From the NCBI RefSeq assembly GCF_009914755.1, contig NC_060927.1: a DNA stretch of 64,000 bases. One strand, given 5' to 3'. Positions 46,711 to 63,519 of the stretch are shown here, in pieces. Each line of letters starts with the position of its first letter. Positions within the stretch are counted from its first letter, which is position 1. The stretch is from the human T2T-CHM13v2.0 reference genome, Homo sapiens. The position numbers were made by a program, and so were the translations under genes. Below the pieces are notes generated by a model. That model saw only the letters and a program-made list of their open reading frames with translations, had not been told where the DNA came from and did no database searches.

Positions 46711-47781
46711 GATCTAATTAAACTAAAGACCTTCTGCACAACAAAAGAAACTATCAACAGAGTAAACAGACTTAAAGAATGGAAGAAAATTTTTGCAAAC
46801 CATGCATCCGACAAAGGTTTAATATCCAGCATCTATAAGGAACGTAACAAATTTACAAGAAAAAACAAACAACCCCATTAAAAAGTGGGCAAAGGACATG
46901 AACAGACACTTCTCAAAAGAAGACATACATGCAGCCAACAAACATACGAAAAAAAATCTCAGCAGCATTGATCATTAGAGAAATGCAAATCAAAACCACA
47001 ATGAGATATCATCTCACATCAGTCAGAATGGCTACTATTAAAAATTCAAAAAATAACAGATGCTGGAGAGGTTATGGAGAAAAAGAAACACACACTGTTG
47101 GTGGGAATGTAAATTAGCCCAACCATTGTAGAAGACAGTGTAGCAATTCCTCAAAGACCTAAAGAAAGAAACACCATTCAACCCAACAATCCCATTACCG
47201 GTTATATACCCAAAGGAATATAAATCAGTCTCTTATAAATACACATGCACACATACATTTGTTGCAGCATTATTCCAATAGCAAAGACATGGAATCAACG
47301 TAAATGCCCATCAATGATAGACTGGGTAAAGAAAATGTGGTATACACCATGGAATACTATGCAGCCATAAAAAAGAATGAGATCCATACACACCATAGAA
47401 TACTATGCAGCCAAAAAAAGAATGAGATCATGTCCTTTGCAGGGACATGGATGGAGCTGGAGGCCATTATCCTTAGCAAACTACTGCAGAAACAGAAAAC
47501 CAAATACTGCATGTTCTCACTTACAAGTGGGAGCTAAATGATGAGAACACATGGTCACATAGAGGGAAACAGCACACACTGGGGCCTATCAGATGGTGGA
47601 TGGTGGGAGGAGGGAGAGGATCAAGAAAAATAACTAATAGGTACTAGGCTTAATACTTGAGTGATGAAATAACCATAAAACAAACTCCCATGACACACAT
47701 TTACCTATGTAGCAAACCTGCACATGTATCCTGGAACTTAAAATAAAAGTAAAAAAACAAACAAACAAACAAACAAAAAAA
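46711..47781 (+). mobile_element. 5'-truncated older L1PA (L1PA10-16-like) 3' end
   Basis: ORF2 C-terminal peptides [14 protein letters not shown] and YTMEYYAAIKKNE; 3' UTR aaacctgcacatgtatcctggaacttaaaataaaagt; (CAAA)n tail. Confidence 0.88.
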
Positions 47782-47915
47782 CACCAATTCTTGCAAGCCA
47801 TCCTTGGTGGGAATGACCACCACCCACACCTGCTTGATTCGGACCACATTTTATTCTAAATTCCCTTAGCAATATGAACTCACTGCATGTTGCATTGAAA
47901 TTGCTATTGAAGCTT

Positions 47916-47917
<2 letters not shown>

Positions 47918-47969
<52 letters not shown>
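47918..47969. repeat. Perfect (GT)~26 microsatellite
   Basis: Seen directly. Confidence 0.97.
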
Positions 47970-47972
<3 letters not shown>

Positions 47973-48453
47973 GGAGGGCATCCTTCTCCTCTCCAAAGAA
48001 ACAGCTCCCCCCACCTGTGACACAGACTTGACTATTACACAGTAATTTCTTTATTTGATGACCTGCTTATGCCAGGCATCTTCTTCCAAATGCCAAATGC
48101 CAATAAAATAAGCTATTATCTATCATCAATCTGTTAGTGTTCCTTCCTGCCCTTCGTTGATGAATGGGATGCTCCAATATTATTGCTAGCATTGCTTTGA
48201 ATAGTTCCACGAAGGAAACTCCTAGGAAATCTTTTGGCTACTTGTTGACTCTGGAAAAGATGCAAAAAGTGAGGTTTGGGGTTGTTGTTTTACTTGTTAC
48301 AAAGGCTTATTAGATTTAGCTAATTATACAGCTTATCAAAGTAAAAGATCTTATGGGTGCCATCTGATGGCCTTCCCCATCACTCATGCCTGATTGAATA
48401 ACAGGGTTAAAATCCAAGGAGCTCTTCCTCTAATGAAGTTTCTGCTCTGGTCT

Positions 48454-48467
48454 GTTGCTATGGCAAC
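48454..48467. promoter_or_regulatory. RFX X-box motif (near-perfect)
   Basis: GTTGCTATGGCAAC, one base from the GTTGCCATGGCAAC palindrome, in unique sequence. Confidence 0.6.
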
Positions 48468-48849
48468 TTAGGACTGTAGTACAAGATGACAGCAAATATA
48501 TTAAATATTGCTGCAAATCTATTCTCTTCATTCTTTAGTGACCTCAGAACCAAAACTGTTTTACAGCATGGAAGTTTTGAAGAAGTGTTGTGCCTGCTGT
48601 TTTTCTTCCTCTCCTCAACATGAAAACCTACCATATCTCTACACTCTAGCATCGTGCCATCCAGGTAGCAGGCATGCAAAATACATTTCAGGGGAATTCG
48701 TTGTGATTGGTGGATTAACCACACACATTTATTTCTTCATCCTGAGAGCCCACTAAAATGACAGCAAAGGCATAAAAAGACATACAGACAAGGAAAATGG
48801 AAAATAATGTCACAATGGGCAAGAGATTTCCATTTTTTAGCTCTTTTTT

Positions 48850-49655
48850 TCTATCGTGGTAAAATACACATAACAAATTTTACCATTTTAACCATTTTTA
48901 AGTGTACAGTTCAATGACATTAAGTATATTCATATCATTGTGCAACTATCACTACCATCCATCTCCAGAATGGAGATTTTCATCATCCCAAACTGAAACT
49001 CTGTACCCATTAAACACGAACTCCCCATTCTCCTCTTCCCCAGCCTCTGGTAACCTCTATTCCACTTTCTCTATGTATTTGACTAATCTAGACACTTCAT
49101 GTAAGAGGAATCATATACATATACCCTTTTGTACCTGGCTTATTTCAATTAACATCATGTCTTCAAGGTTCATCCAACTTGCTGTATTTATCAGAATTCC
49201 TTCCTTTTGAGGCTGAATAATATTCATTGTATACTTAGAGCACATTTTCTTTATCCATTCATCCACTGATGGATGTCTGGTGCTGTTTCCACTTTTTGGT
49301 TATTGCAAAGAATGCTGCTATGAACATTAGTATCTAAATATTTGTTCAAGTTCATACTTTCAGTTCTTTTGTGTACATACCCAGAAGTCAAATTACTGGA
49401 TCATGTGGTGATTTTATATCTAATTTTTTGAGGAACAATCATACTGTTTTCCATAATGGCTGTACCATTTTACATCCCCAACAGCAATGCGCAAGGGTTC
49501 CAGTTTCTCCACACACAGGCCAATGCTTATTGTTTTCTGTTTTTGATAATAGTCATCCTAATGGATGTTGGTGGTGTCTCACTGTGTCTTCAGTTTGCAT
49601 TTCCCTAGGGATTAGTAATGTTGAACATCTTTTCATGTGCTTATTGGCCATTTAT
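48850..49655 (-). mobile_element. L1MB-like 3' end
   Basis: gtggtaaaatacacataacaaattttaccattttaaccatttttaagtgtacagttc. Confidence 0.85.
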
Positions 49656-49794
49656 CCCATTCATTTCTAGAAGATGGAAAACAGATGGAGGAATGGTAGC
49701 CATCTTGGCAGAGTAAGGGAAGCCTAATGAGTCTTCTCTGACTTAGATTCTTTTTGTAGAAATGGTACATATTCATTCTTCACTGGGTCCCCAG

Positions 49795-50045
49795 AGGCAG
49801 TGTGGAAGCATAATAGTTAAGAGTACAGGTTCTGGATTCAGATTGCCTGAATGCTCAGCTTGGCTCTGCCACTTCTTATCAGCAGAATGAATTTGGGCAG
49901 GTTAACTCACCACCCTGCCTCAGTTTCCCCATATGTAAAATAGGAAACATAATACTACCAAATAGATTTATTGTGAGAATAACATGTGTAAAGCACTTAA
50001 CATTGTGCCTAGCACACAGCACACATCCCTGAAGTATTAGTGATT
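49795..50045 (+). mobile_element. MIR SINE
   Basis: gcctcagtttccccatatgtaaaatagg..aagcacttaacattgtgcctagcacac. Confidence 0.8.
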
Positions 50046-50101
50046 ATTATCATCCCCTATTATGGAACCATATCCATCAGGATATGCCACCTCTACCACC
50101 T

Positions 50102-50360
50102 TTAGTTTTGTTTTTGTTTTTGTTTTTTGAGACAGGGTCTTGCTCTGTCACCCAGGCTAGCGTACAGTGGTGCAATCACAGCTTACTGCAGACTCAACCT
50201 CCCAGACTCAAGTGATCCTCCTACCTCAGCCTCCAAGGTAGCTGGGACTACAGGTGTGCACCACCGCACCCAGCTAATTTCTTTATTTTTTGTAGAAACA
50301 AGGTCTCACTATGTTTCCCAGGGTGGTCTTGAACTCCTGGGTTCAAGCAAATCCCTGCTG
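50102..50360 (-). mobile_element. AluJ-like element (5'-truncated)
   Basis: Alu sequence with (TTTTTG)n tail. Confidence 0.9.
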
Positions 50361-50662
50361 CCTTTCACTGTCCTTCCAAAAAGATCATTATGATTGAGTT
50401 ACGGGTTAACAGACACAGAACACATAACTGGAATCCAAGCCCTGTTCCTCAGGTTAGAAAGAGCTATGTCCTAAATACAAAGCTATGCAGGCCCAGTGTC
50501 CTCCTCCACCTTGCTATTTTCCTGCTTGGGGCAAAAACTAAAGACACTTGTGGGTAAGAATAATATACAGGGTAGTTAATAGCAGGAGCTTGAAGTCAGG
50601 CAAATTTGGGTTAAAGTCTGACTTCCCACCTATTATCTACATGAGGATAAACTAATTACATA

Positions 50663-51370
50663 ATATTATAGGCTGAATTGTGTGTCTCCAAAATGCACAT
50701 GTTGAAATCCTAACTCCTAGTACCTCAGAATGTGACTAAATTTGGAGACAGAGTCTTTTAACAAGATAATTAAAATAAGGTCATTCAGGTGGACCCTAAT
50801 CCAACATGACCTGTTTCCTTAAAAAAAAGAGAAAATTAGGGCCAGGCACGGTGACCCACGCCTATAATCCCAGCACTTTGGGAGCCCGAGGCAGATGGAT
50901 CACTTGAGGTCAGGAGTTCGAGACCAGCCTGGCCAACGTGGTGAAACCCCATCTCTACTAAAAATACAAAAATTAGCTGGGCATTGTGGCGTGTGCCTGT
51001 AGTCCCAGCTACTCAGGAGGCTGAGGCACGAGAATCGCTAGAACCCAGGAGGCAGAGGTTGCAGTGAGCCAAGATGGCACTACTGCACTCTAGCCTGGGC
51101 AACAGAGTGAGACTCAGTCTCAAAAAAAAAAAAAGAGAAAGAGAGTATGAAAATTAGGACATAGATGTGCATTGAAGGAAGACTATGTGAAGACCAAGGA
51201 ATAAGAAGGCCACCTACACGCCAAGGAGATAAGCCTCAGAAGACACCAACCCTGCTGACACCTTGATCTTGGACTTTTAGCATCCAGAATTGTGAGAAAA
51301 CTAATGTCTGTTGCTTACACCACCTAGTCAGTAGTACTTACAGTTATGGCAGCCTTAGCACACTAATACA
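50663..51370 (+). mobile_element. MLT1B/C-like LTR interrupted by AluS (50839-51133)
   Basis: ggctgaattgtgtgtctccaaaa..cctcagaatgtgact; ccaaccctgctgacaccttgatcttggac..cactaataca; gaaaattagg repeated around the Alu. Confidence 0.8.
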
Positions 51371-51704
51371 CTTGACCTCAGTTTTCTGAAAGATAAAATA
51401 GGAATATATATATCTCATGAGATAACTGTATTAAATTGTGGAGAAATGTACTTACCATAGTGCTTGGCACACAGTATGTGCTCAAGAAATGTAGGTTAGT
51501 AGGATTATTGTTTTATTATTATTACTATTAAAACATAATTACTCTGGTCTTTCCACAGTAACAGAAGGAAAAAGAGAAGCTAGCTGACTAACTCAACTAG
51601 AATTATCCATGACTTCATAATTCATCATCATGTCTTTAGTCTTGCTCTCTTCAAAACACCCTACATAATGCTGCCAGAACATTCTTCCCTATAAAAATCT
51701 GGCT

Positions 51705-52816
<1,112 letters not shown>

Positions 52817-52822
52817 TGATCA

Positions 52823-53142
<320 letters not shown>

Positions 53143-53194
53143 CACCCTTAGCTCTCCATAGCCAAATTTCTCAGGGCTCACAAGGAACCTTCAC

Positions 53195-53366
53195 AAGCTA
53201 TGTGACTTTGGCATGTTACTTCATCTCTCTGCAACATTTTTCCCATATGTAAACTGAGGTAATGATAGCACCTTCCTCAAAGGATTGCCATGAAAATTAA
53301 GAGATAATGTATGAGAAATACTTGGAACAATGTCTGGCATACGCTAAGTGCTCTATATGTGTTAGC
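53195..53366 (+). mobile_element. MIR SINE
   Basis: agctatgtgactttggcatgttacttcatctctctg..tctggcatacgctaagtgctctatatgtgttagc. Confidence 0.8.
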
Positions 53367-54148
53367 CACCATCGTCACCACCACCATCATCATCTTCATC
53401 ATCACCACCACCACCATCATCACTACTGCCACCATCATCTTCATCATCACCACCACCATCATCTTCATCACCACCACCACCATCATCTTCATCACCACCA
53501 CCATCATCACTACTGCCACCATCATCATCATAACCACCATCATCACTACCACCACCACCACCTCCACCATTATTATCACCACCACCACCACAACCACTAT
53601 CACCACCACTACCATCATCATCATTACCATCATCATCACTACCATCACCACCACCACCACCATCATCACCACCACTACCATCATCATCATTACCAACATC
53701 ATCACCACCATCACCACCTCCACCATCACCATCACCACCACCACCATCATCATTACCAACATCATCACCACCATCACCACCACCACCACCTCCACCATCA
53801 TCACCACCACCACCATCATCACCACCACCACCATCACCATCACCACCACCACCATCATCACCACCACCACCATCACCATCACCACCACCACCATCACCAC
53901 CACCACCACCTCCATCACCACCTCCATCACCATCACCACCACCTCCACCATCATCACCACCACCACCATCATCACCACCACCACCATCACCACCACCATC
54001 ATCACCACCACCACCACCACCATCACCACCACCACCACCACCATCATCATCACCACCACCATCATCATCATCACCACCACTACCCCCAACATCATCACCA
54101 TCATCACCATCACCACCATCATCACCACCACCAACAACACTATCATCA
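53367..54148. repeat. ~780-bp compound (CAC/CAT)n trinucleotide repeat
   Basis: Seen directly; explains the poly-His, poly-Thr/Ile and poly-Met/Val ORFs. Confidence 0.98.
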
Positions 54149-54588
54149 ACTTGTGCTGCCTGACTCTCCAGCCCCTTTCCTTAATCTCTCCTCATGTGCA
54201 CTCTGGAGTACAGTCATACTAAAATATTTTTCCCCAAAACTTCACACTTCACAACTCTTTACCTTTGTACATTCCATTTCTTCTGCCTGGAATGTCCTTT
54301 ACCCACCTTGCCTGCCTGAGAAATTGCCATCTGTCCTTCTGTGACGCTTCCTCACATCTCCCCAGACAGTGAGGCATCTGCCCCTGTGCTCCTTTGGGCA
54401 CCTCGCCCTTGTCTCTGTGGAGAGGCTTCCCATCTTTGCCACCTGTGTGGGCCTTGTCTCCTCAGCTAGACTCTGAATTGTTTAAGGACAGAGCCAGGGC
54501 TTGATTCATGAGCCAGCAAAGCATGGCATATACCAAGCTCTTAAGATGTGTTCCAGGAAGGGAAGGAGGAAGGAGTCTGCTTTTGGAG

Positions 54589-54833
54589 TAGTGGTTCTCA
54601 ACAGAAGGGAGAGAGGGGAGAAATTTTGTCCCCCAGGAGATATTTCATGATGTTTGAAGACATTTTTGGTTGTCATGCAACAGAGTGGGAGAAGGAAGTG
54701 TTACTGGAAACCAGTGGGTGGTGGGTAGTGGACAAATATTGTGCTCAGCATCAGACAATGCACAGGACCGCTGCCACAACAAGGAATGATCCAACCCTAA
54801 ATGTCTGGGCTATGCTGAGGTTGAGAAGTCTTG
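54589..54833. mobile_element. MER20 (hAT-Charlie)
   Basis: agtggttctcaac..gacatttttggttgtca..gctgaggttgagaagtcttg; TSD ttttggag/ttttagag. Confidence 0.85.
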
Positions 54834-55604
54834 TTTTAGAGGATAATCACATGCTGGGGAGGGGAAGAAAGAGACACCTGACTGAATGCACAAGCTTAGC
54901 AACCTGGCTGCCCACTCCCACCCCTCCCAGCTCAGCACCTCTGGGAGCAGAGGGTACCAGGAAGGTATGGAAGTTAAAAAAGGGCTTAAATCTGGTCACC
55001 TTCCTTCCTCTCAATGTGATCCTCATCAAGACCCTTCCCTTGGTGAAGTTTCGTTTTTTAACTTCCTACAGCCTCTTCCGGCCCTGACTTTCTGGGATTC
55101 TGCATTTGTAGGTTGGTTCCTGTTGTTTCATTCATGGCCAAAAGATGTCAATGCTGCACAGACTCTCACATGCCAAGAGAGGACAAATCCCAGATAGACT
55201 GGCCTGAGTCACTGAGCCCTTGCATTACATCCGGGATGGCCCAGAAGTTAAGTTAACGCACATGCCTGAGATGCAGGTCCCCCGCCTGCCCAGATGGGTG
55301 GCCTTGAGGTTCAGAAGAAACAGGAAGAGGGGAAGGTGGCCCTTAAAGGCTCCATGGCTAACTTAGCTTTAATGTGTAGAGGCCTCTGTGTCAGTCAAAG
55401 CACTTTGCAGGGGAGCAGGGAGACATCTGTAAAATTCTCTCTTTTGTGCCACGTAAGAGCAGAAAGAAATCTCACTCTACAGACCATGGTTTCTGTAAGG
55501 GGTGGGTCCTGTAGAATTACAGTGAGCACGGCTGATGCCTGTGGCTCCTTTGGGAGCCTGTGTTTGTTGAGGGGCTGTGTTTGTTGTTTTTAACTGGCTT
55601 CAAG

Positions 55605-56200
55605 AGGAGGTAGAATATTGAGTAGTAGTAAAAAGCTTCATCTTTGGCACCAGACAGGAATGAGCGTGGGACGCACTTCTGTCATTAACTGCGTGACCTG
55701 GGATAAATGACTTAATCTTGTGTAAGCCTCAACCATGAGAGAGGAACAATAATAGTACCTACTTCACAGGGTTGATCTGCGGATTAATTGAGATCATGGA
55801 AATCACAGGTTTCGCATACTGCCTGGCATAACTGCCAATAAACGGCAGTTGTTACTCTGAAAGGATATTGTGGGGTGAGTGAATAGGCGAGGAGTATGAT
55901 GAATCATCCTGAAATTCTCACCTAAACTCTTCTATCCAGGTAGGGTGCTGGTGAGTCGTCTTGCCGAGAGCTAACATTTTTATTGTGCTTATCATGTGCT
56001 TACAACCGTCCTCAGTGCCTTATGTACGTTCACCGAGTCCCCACGGTGACCCAATGAGGTAAGTATTACTATTCCCATTTTAGAGATGGGAAACTTAGTG
56101 AGCCCCCAGGGCCCACTGCTGGGTAAGGGGAGGCCAAGGGTTTCCGCGAAGGCAGTTTGACTCCAGGGGCCCTGGCCTTAGCAGTGCATACACTGCTTCT
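55605..56200. mobile_element. Two MIR elements (opposite orientations)
   Basis: gtgacctgggataaatgacttaatc..aatagtacctacttcacagggttg; attattcccattttagagatgggaaact. Confidence 0.7.
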
Positions 56201-56687
56201 GACTGCAGCTAGAGACGAATGAGAAACGGGAGGGTGCGTCCCTGGGTATCCCCCTCACCCCTCCCCAGCCTGCCTAAACGCTTGCCCTGCTCCCAAACAC
56301 TCGCTCTACTCCTAGATAGTGGAGCTTTGCGACAGCTCGGCAGAGAAGCACTTCGCTCTGCCCAGCTGCAGCCAGGCATGACATGGTGTCTGCAAGGAAG
56401 GGGCTCAGGTGGGCGTGGGGAGCTAGGTCAGGATGCCGCAGGGAGGTAAGAGGCAAATGGGATTCGTCACTGGATAAACTGGGACTCCGCCCCAGCACCA
56501 CCTGGAGCCTGTGGGTGGCTCTGAGCCCAGGGACATACTCTCGCAGAGCTTTATTTCTCTCCCTCTAAAATGAGAGCTTAGACACGCTCAAAACCCCTGC
56601 TGGCTGTAGAACGCCAGGTTCTTGCAGTGAGGAAGGGCTAGCGTCTGCCGCGGGGTGGGTCTTGGCCGGATCCTATCCCGGGGGAAG

Positions 56688-56706
56688 AGCGCCACCTGGC
56701 GAACCG
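56688..56706 (-). promoter_or_regulatory. Candidate CTCF binding site
   Basis: Minus strand cggtTCGCCAGGTGGCGCT matches the core CCRCCAGGTGGCGC except the first base; lies in a CpG-enriched unique island (~56160-56840). Confidence 0.65.
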
Positions 56707-57084
56707 CTCTGAGAATGTCCCAGAACAGCCACTAGGAACAGTCTCCCGGGTACAAGGGGGAGAGGCTCTGCAATCCGAGCAAGGGGCTTCAGTTCTCTGA
56801 ACCTCAGAATTCGAATGGGTAAAATGACACCGAAGAATGGCAACGAAGATAATACTTAAAGTACCTAATATCTCCCACCACCACCTTTTGTCACCACTTT
56901 ATTTTGAAATAGTAAATGGTTATAAACCAATGTAGATGATAAATTCTAGAAGTTATACAGCATTTGTTCTGAGCACTCTGACAAGCTGTAACACTGCCTC
57001 GATTTTTTCTTACTTATATTTTTTCCTTTACATTTGTTTGTTTGTTTGTTTGTTTGTTTGTTTTTAATTGTGGCAAGAACACGT

Positions 57085-57451
<367 letters not shown>

Positions 57452-58974
57452 CTACACCTATATAGAGATCTCTACAACTTAATCATCTTGCATACCTGAA
57501 ATTTTATCCTTGTTGATTTAGCTAACACTTTTTGAGTGTTTGTGATGTGATAAGCCTTGTTCTAAGCATTTTATTTATATTAATTTATTTAATCTTCAAA
57601 ATAGCCATGAGGAAGGTATAGAATGACTGCTCAAGTCACTGGCTTAATCCACAAGAGACTGCACCAATTTGAAAAGTCTACAATAATAACATTTGGAAGG
57701 CGATTTACACTTGATAAACATTACTTCATTTAATCCACACAACAGCCTGTTAAGATCAACATTATCTTCATCTTAAAATAAGGAAACTGAAGACCACTCA
57801 GTCAACACACATCTGCCTACAGTGTGCTGGGCCCTGGGGTGCACATGAACAAGGTGTTTGGGGTCCCCATGCCCTTGAGTGAGACTTGAGTAAGTACTCC
57901 TGAACTGAGTGTACAACGGGGGAAATCTAGGCACCACACAAAATCACAAGAGCTATAATAACTTCGTCTGGAAGGGGAGACGTTTCACAAACAATTCTGT
58001 CCAGGGTCGCACTGCTGCCAAGCTCTGTGCCTGCCTGTGGTACGGGACCCCATGTACGACTTACAGACCAGTTAGTCCACAACAGTAACTTCCCCTTCAG
58101 CACCTGAGCTCCTTAAGAACAGTGCCTGTGTCCTAATCACCTGCATAACCCAACACCCAGCAGAGAGCCTGGCACGTGGGGGTTGCCCATAAACACTTGC
58201 CTAATGAAAGCTCTGTTCTTCTTCATGCCCACTTGCCCTCCCTCCTTTCTTTCCCCAGACCTTCCTTTTATTCTCAGCAATCCAGAGATTAGACTTTGGC
58301 TCCTTAGCACAGTCTCCTGCCATAATTCTCAAACCCAGAGTAGTTACAAGAACGGTAGAATGAAAATGGTATCGGGGAGGGGAGTGGAACTAGTAGGTCT
58401 TAGACATTCACTCTGTGCTCAGCATTCTATCTTTAGCATCTTAAATCTAACAGCAGCCCTGGTGGGTAGGTAGTAAATGGCAGAGCTGGGATTTTACTCT
58501 GACGCCCAGGTTCACCATGTTCTGCTGCCCTTGGCTCTCTCCTCCAAGCTACAGCGAGTGGCCGGTGCTGTTGTCAGTGAGGGATAAAGCTCAAAGCCTC
58601 CCATTTGGGCTTCTCCCCCTCCGCACTAGGACCTCCCCAAAACCAGGAGTTTCTTCCAGAGGTCGTATGCTCACTCCCTGAGGGCCTGGGATGCATCTTC
58701 CCAGGGCTTCCCATTTCCAATTTTGAGTCCCTTATTCCTGAAGAAACTCCCAGGGGACAGGTATTCAGGGACAGTCCACTGGGTTGCAACAGCTAATGAA
58801 ACTGACATCTGACAGATACCATTCTCCACCTGCTCACCTGGGGAATAATATCACTAAGCTCCTCCTCTGTGCTGGCCTTCTGCTAAGCCTTTCTCAACAA
58901 TACCTCATTTAATCCTCACAACAACCTTCAGAGGTTGTTCCATCTCCATTATGTCAGGGTCCTGAGAACAAAGA

Positions 58975-60743
<1,769 letters not shown>

Positions 60744-60915
60744 AAAAAAAGTCACAAAAATGACAACCTATTATACATGTCATTCTATAAAGTATTTTTT
60801 TAACTTAGAGACTTAAGAGAGATGTTTGTTTTTCAAATACGTTCATAAGCGAGATGTTTGTTTTTCAAATATTTATGTGTAATCATTATACACGGCTCTT
60901 TACACACTTGTATGA

Positions 60916-61214
60916 CTTTTTTTTCTTTTTTGAGATAGGGTCTTGCTCTGTTACCCAGGCTGAAGTACAGTGGTGCAATCATGGCTTACTGTAGCCTCAG
61001 CCTCCCAGGCTCAAGCAGTCCTCCTGCCACAGCCTCCCGAGTAGTTGGGACTAGAGGCACGTGCCATCACGCCTGGCTTATTTTTTGTGTTTTTAGTAGA
61101 GATGGGGTTTCACCATGTTGGCCAGGCTGGTCTTGAACTCCTGGCCTCAAGCAATCCACCCACCTCAGCCTCCCAAAGTGCTGGGATTACAGGCATGAGC
61201 CACTGTGCCCAGCC
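60916..61214 (-). mobile_element. Alu (J/S) element
   Basis: Full dimer. Confidence 0.92.
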
Positions 61215-61806
61215 CCCAGTTAGGATCTGTCACTGCCTGCCCCACTCCAGCACCGCCAGGGCATCAAACCTCTGGAAGGAGTTTAGCCTGTGAACAGCCA
61301 GGGGTCCTGGGGGCTGGAAATGCTGATGGCATGAAATCACCTTAAGGAAGTAATGACACCAAGCCTGGTAACCGTGGTTACACACAATGTGACTGAACAA
61401 TGGGAGGGAGAGCAGCCCATGAACCTACGACCCAGCTATACAGGTGAATGTTTAGTCAACCAAAATGCATACTCTATTTAAAGAGAAGATTAAAACAAGC
61501 TTTTAAAAGTCTATTACACATTACTTGAAAACCATTTATAAAAGGAGTACTATTAAAGGTCCTAAACAAAATGTATGTCCATGATGAAAGCTGCTGAGAC
61601 AAAAGAAAAGAAAGCCTACACAGATGGCATCTTTGGCAAAATAGGAATAGATTCCAGACAGAGAAAGGAAAACCTCAGGGGCATATTTAAAATCAGAGAA
61701 TCAAAAATTACTTAATCAGAATTGCAAAAGTTAGAAACAACCCATGTATCCATAAATGTGGGATTGAACAAATTTGCACATTCATAAAATGGGGTTTAAA
61801 AAGTTA

Positions 61807-62145
<339 letters not shown>

Positions 62146-62859
62146 TCACTGAGGGACAACTGAAGCATGTTCATGAACACATCAACAGTGGTACCCTCTG
62201 GGTGGTGAACTTTCAAGAGGATTTTACACTCTTCTTTATATTGGTCTGTGTTGTTTGGGTGTTTTAAAAAGCATATAACATTTATAAAGCCAAGAAAAAC
62301 AGTGTGTAAAGTTTTCACTTTGAAAAACAAAATAATCAGAAGGGCACTGAAATGACTCCCAAGGCCAAGGACAATAAAGAGCTAGAAGGAGAACTGCAGT
62401 TCAGAGAAGAGGGCCTGCCAGATCTTTTTATGAGCATTTAACAAAGGTAGCAATTATCACTGAGGGCCCATGTGATTCACTAAATCTCATTTCCTCTTGT
62501 TTACAGGGTCAGTGGTAATTCCAAAATGTGTATATAGGTGGAACTTACAGGCAGCAGTCTAGTTGGATATTCAGCTTGGGAACTTATGCTGAAGCCATGT
62601 TTGCACAGCACCTTAAATAAGACTGCAATGACACCAAGTATTTCTATAAAAGGAAGCAGAGGCTGATGGAAATGATGGGGAATTATAGTCTCCTCGGTGA
62701 TTCCTTGGCTCTACCAAGGGATGAAGCTAGTCAACAGGAATGTGGTCAACATTCTTGACCTGGCCTCTCCTCCACCCCATCCCAACCCCACAGCCCATCG
62801 ATCATGTACACCCTTGCCCCACTCTTTCAATGGGTTTAGAAACCAGGATCCCTGAGCCT

Positions 62860-63273
62860 CTCTGGATGCTTCCCAGTGAACCAGGCATCCTGATATTCAC
62901 ATCCTCATATGTCGTTCTCTCCCACACTGATTCTGGGCTTGGCCATATGACTTTGCTTTGGCCAATGGAACATTACCAAGTATGGTTCAAACAGAGGCTA
63001 GATAAGTGCTTCCACATTCAGGCTTGTCCCCTCAGGATGCTCCTTTTGGGGACTCACTTGCTGTGTAAGACCAGGCAAGACAACTGAATGATGAGAAACC
63101 ATGTGGGGTGAGACCCAGCCCTCCTAGCATCCTGGCTGAGCACCCCATGAGGGACCTTGGGTGAGACCAGCAGAATTGCCTAGTCAAATGACAGAACTAA
63201 GAGGAACAACAGAGTGTTGTATTAAGCTACTAACTTTTGGAGTGTCTCCTTAGGCAGCAGTTAATACTGAAGT
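62860..63273 (+). mobile_element. MLT1F/G/H-like LTR
   Basis: ctgggcttggccatatgactttgctttggccaatgg..taagctactaacttttggagtg. Confidence 0.65.
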
Positions 63274-63519
63274 AGCCTCTGATCCCTATTTCCCTGTAAC
63301 CTTCACTACCCTCTTTCCTCCTTTCCTCTATGCACTTTAGTTAACCTTGACAATAATACCCCTTCCTGCTCGGTTTGATTGCCATACCCAGGACACCTCC
63401 TTAACATTACACTGCTTTAGAGAGTAGCCTCCAACCCTGCGCTTTCAGGGAGAATCCAGGAAATTAGGATCAATGTCATTCACCTAAATTTGAAAGGAAT
63501 CAAGATAAAGCCACAGGCT

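Noticed and set aside
53277-54344. 290-345 aa poly-His, poly-Thr/Ile and poly-Met/Val ORFs
   Set aside because: They are translations of a stop-free trinucleotide repeat starting in a MIR, with no promoter, splice or domain evidence for a real protein
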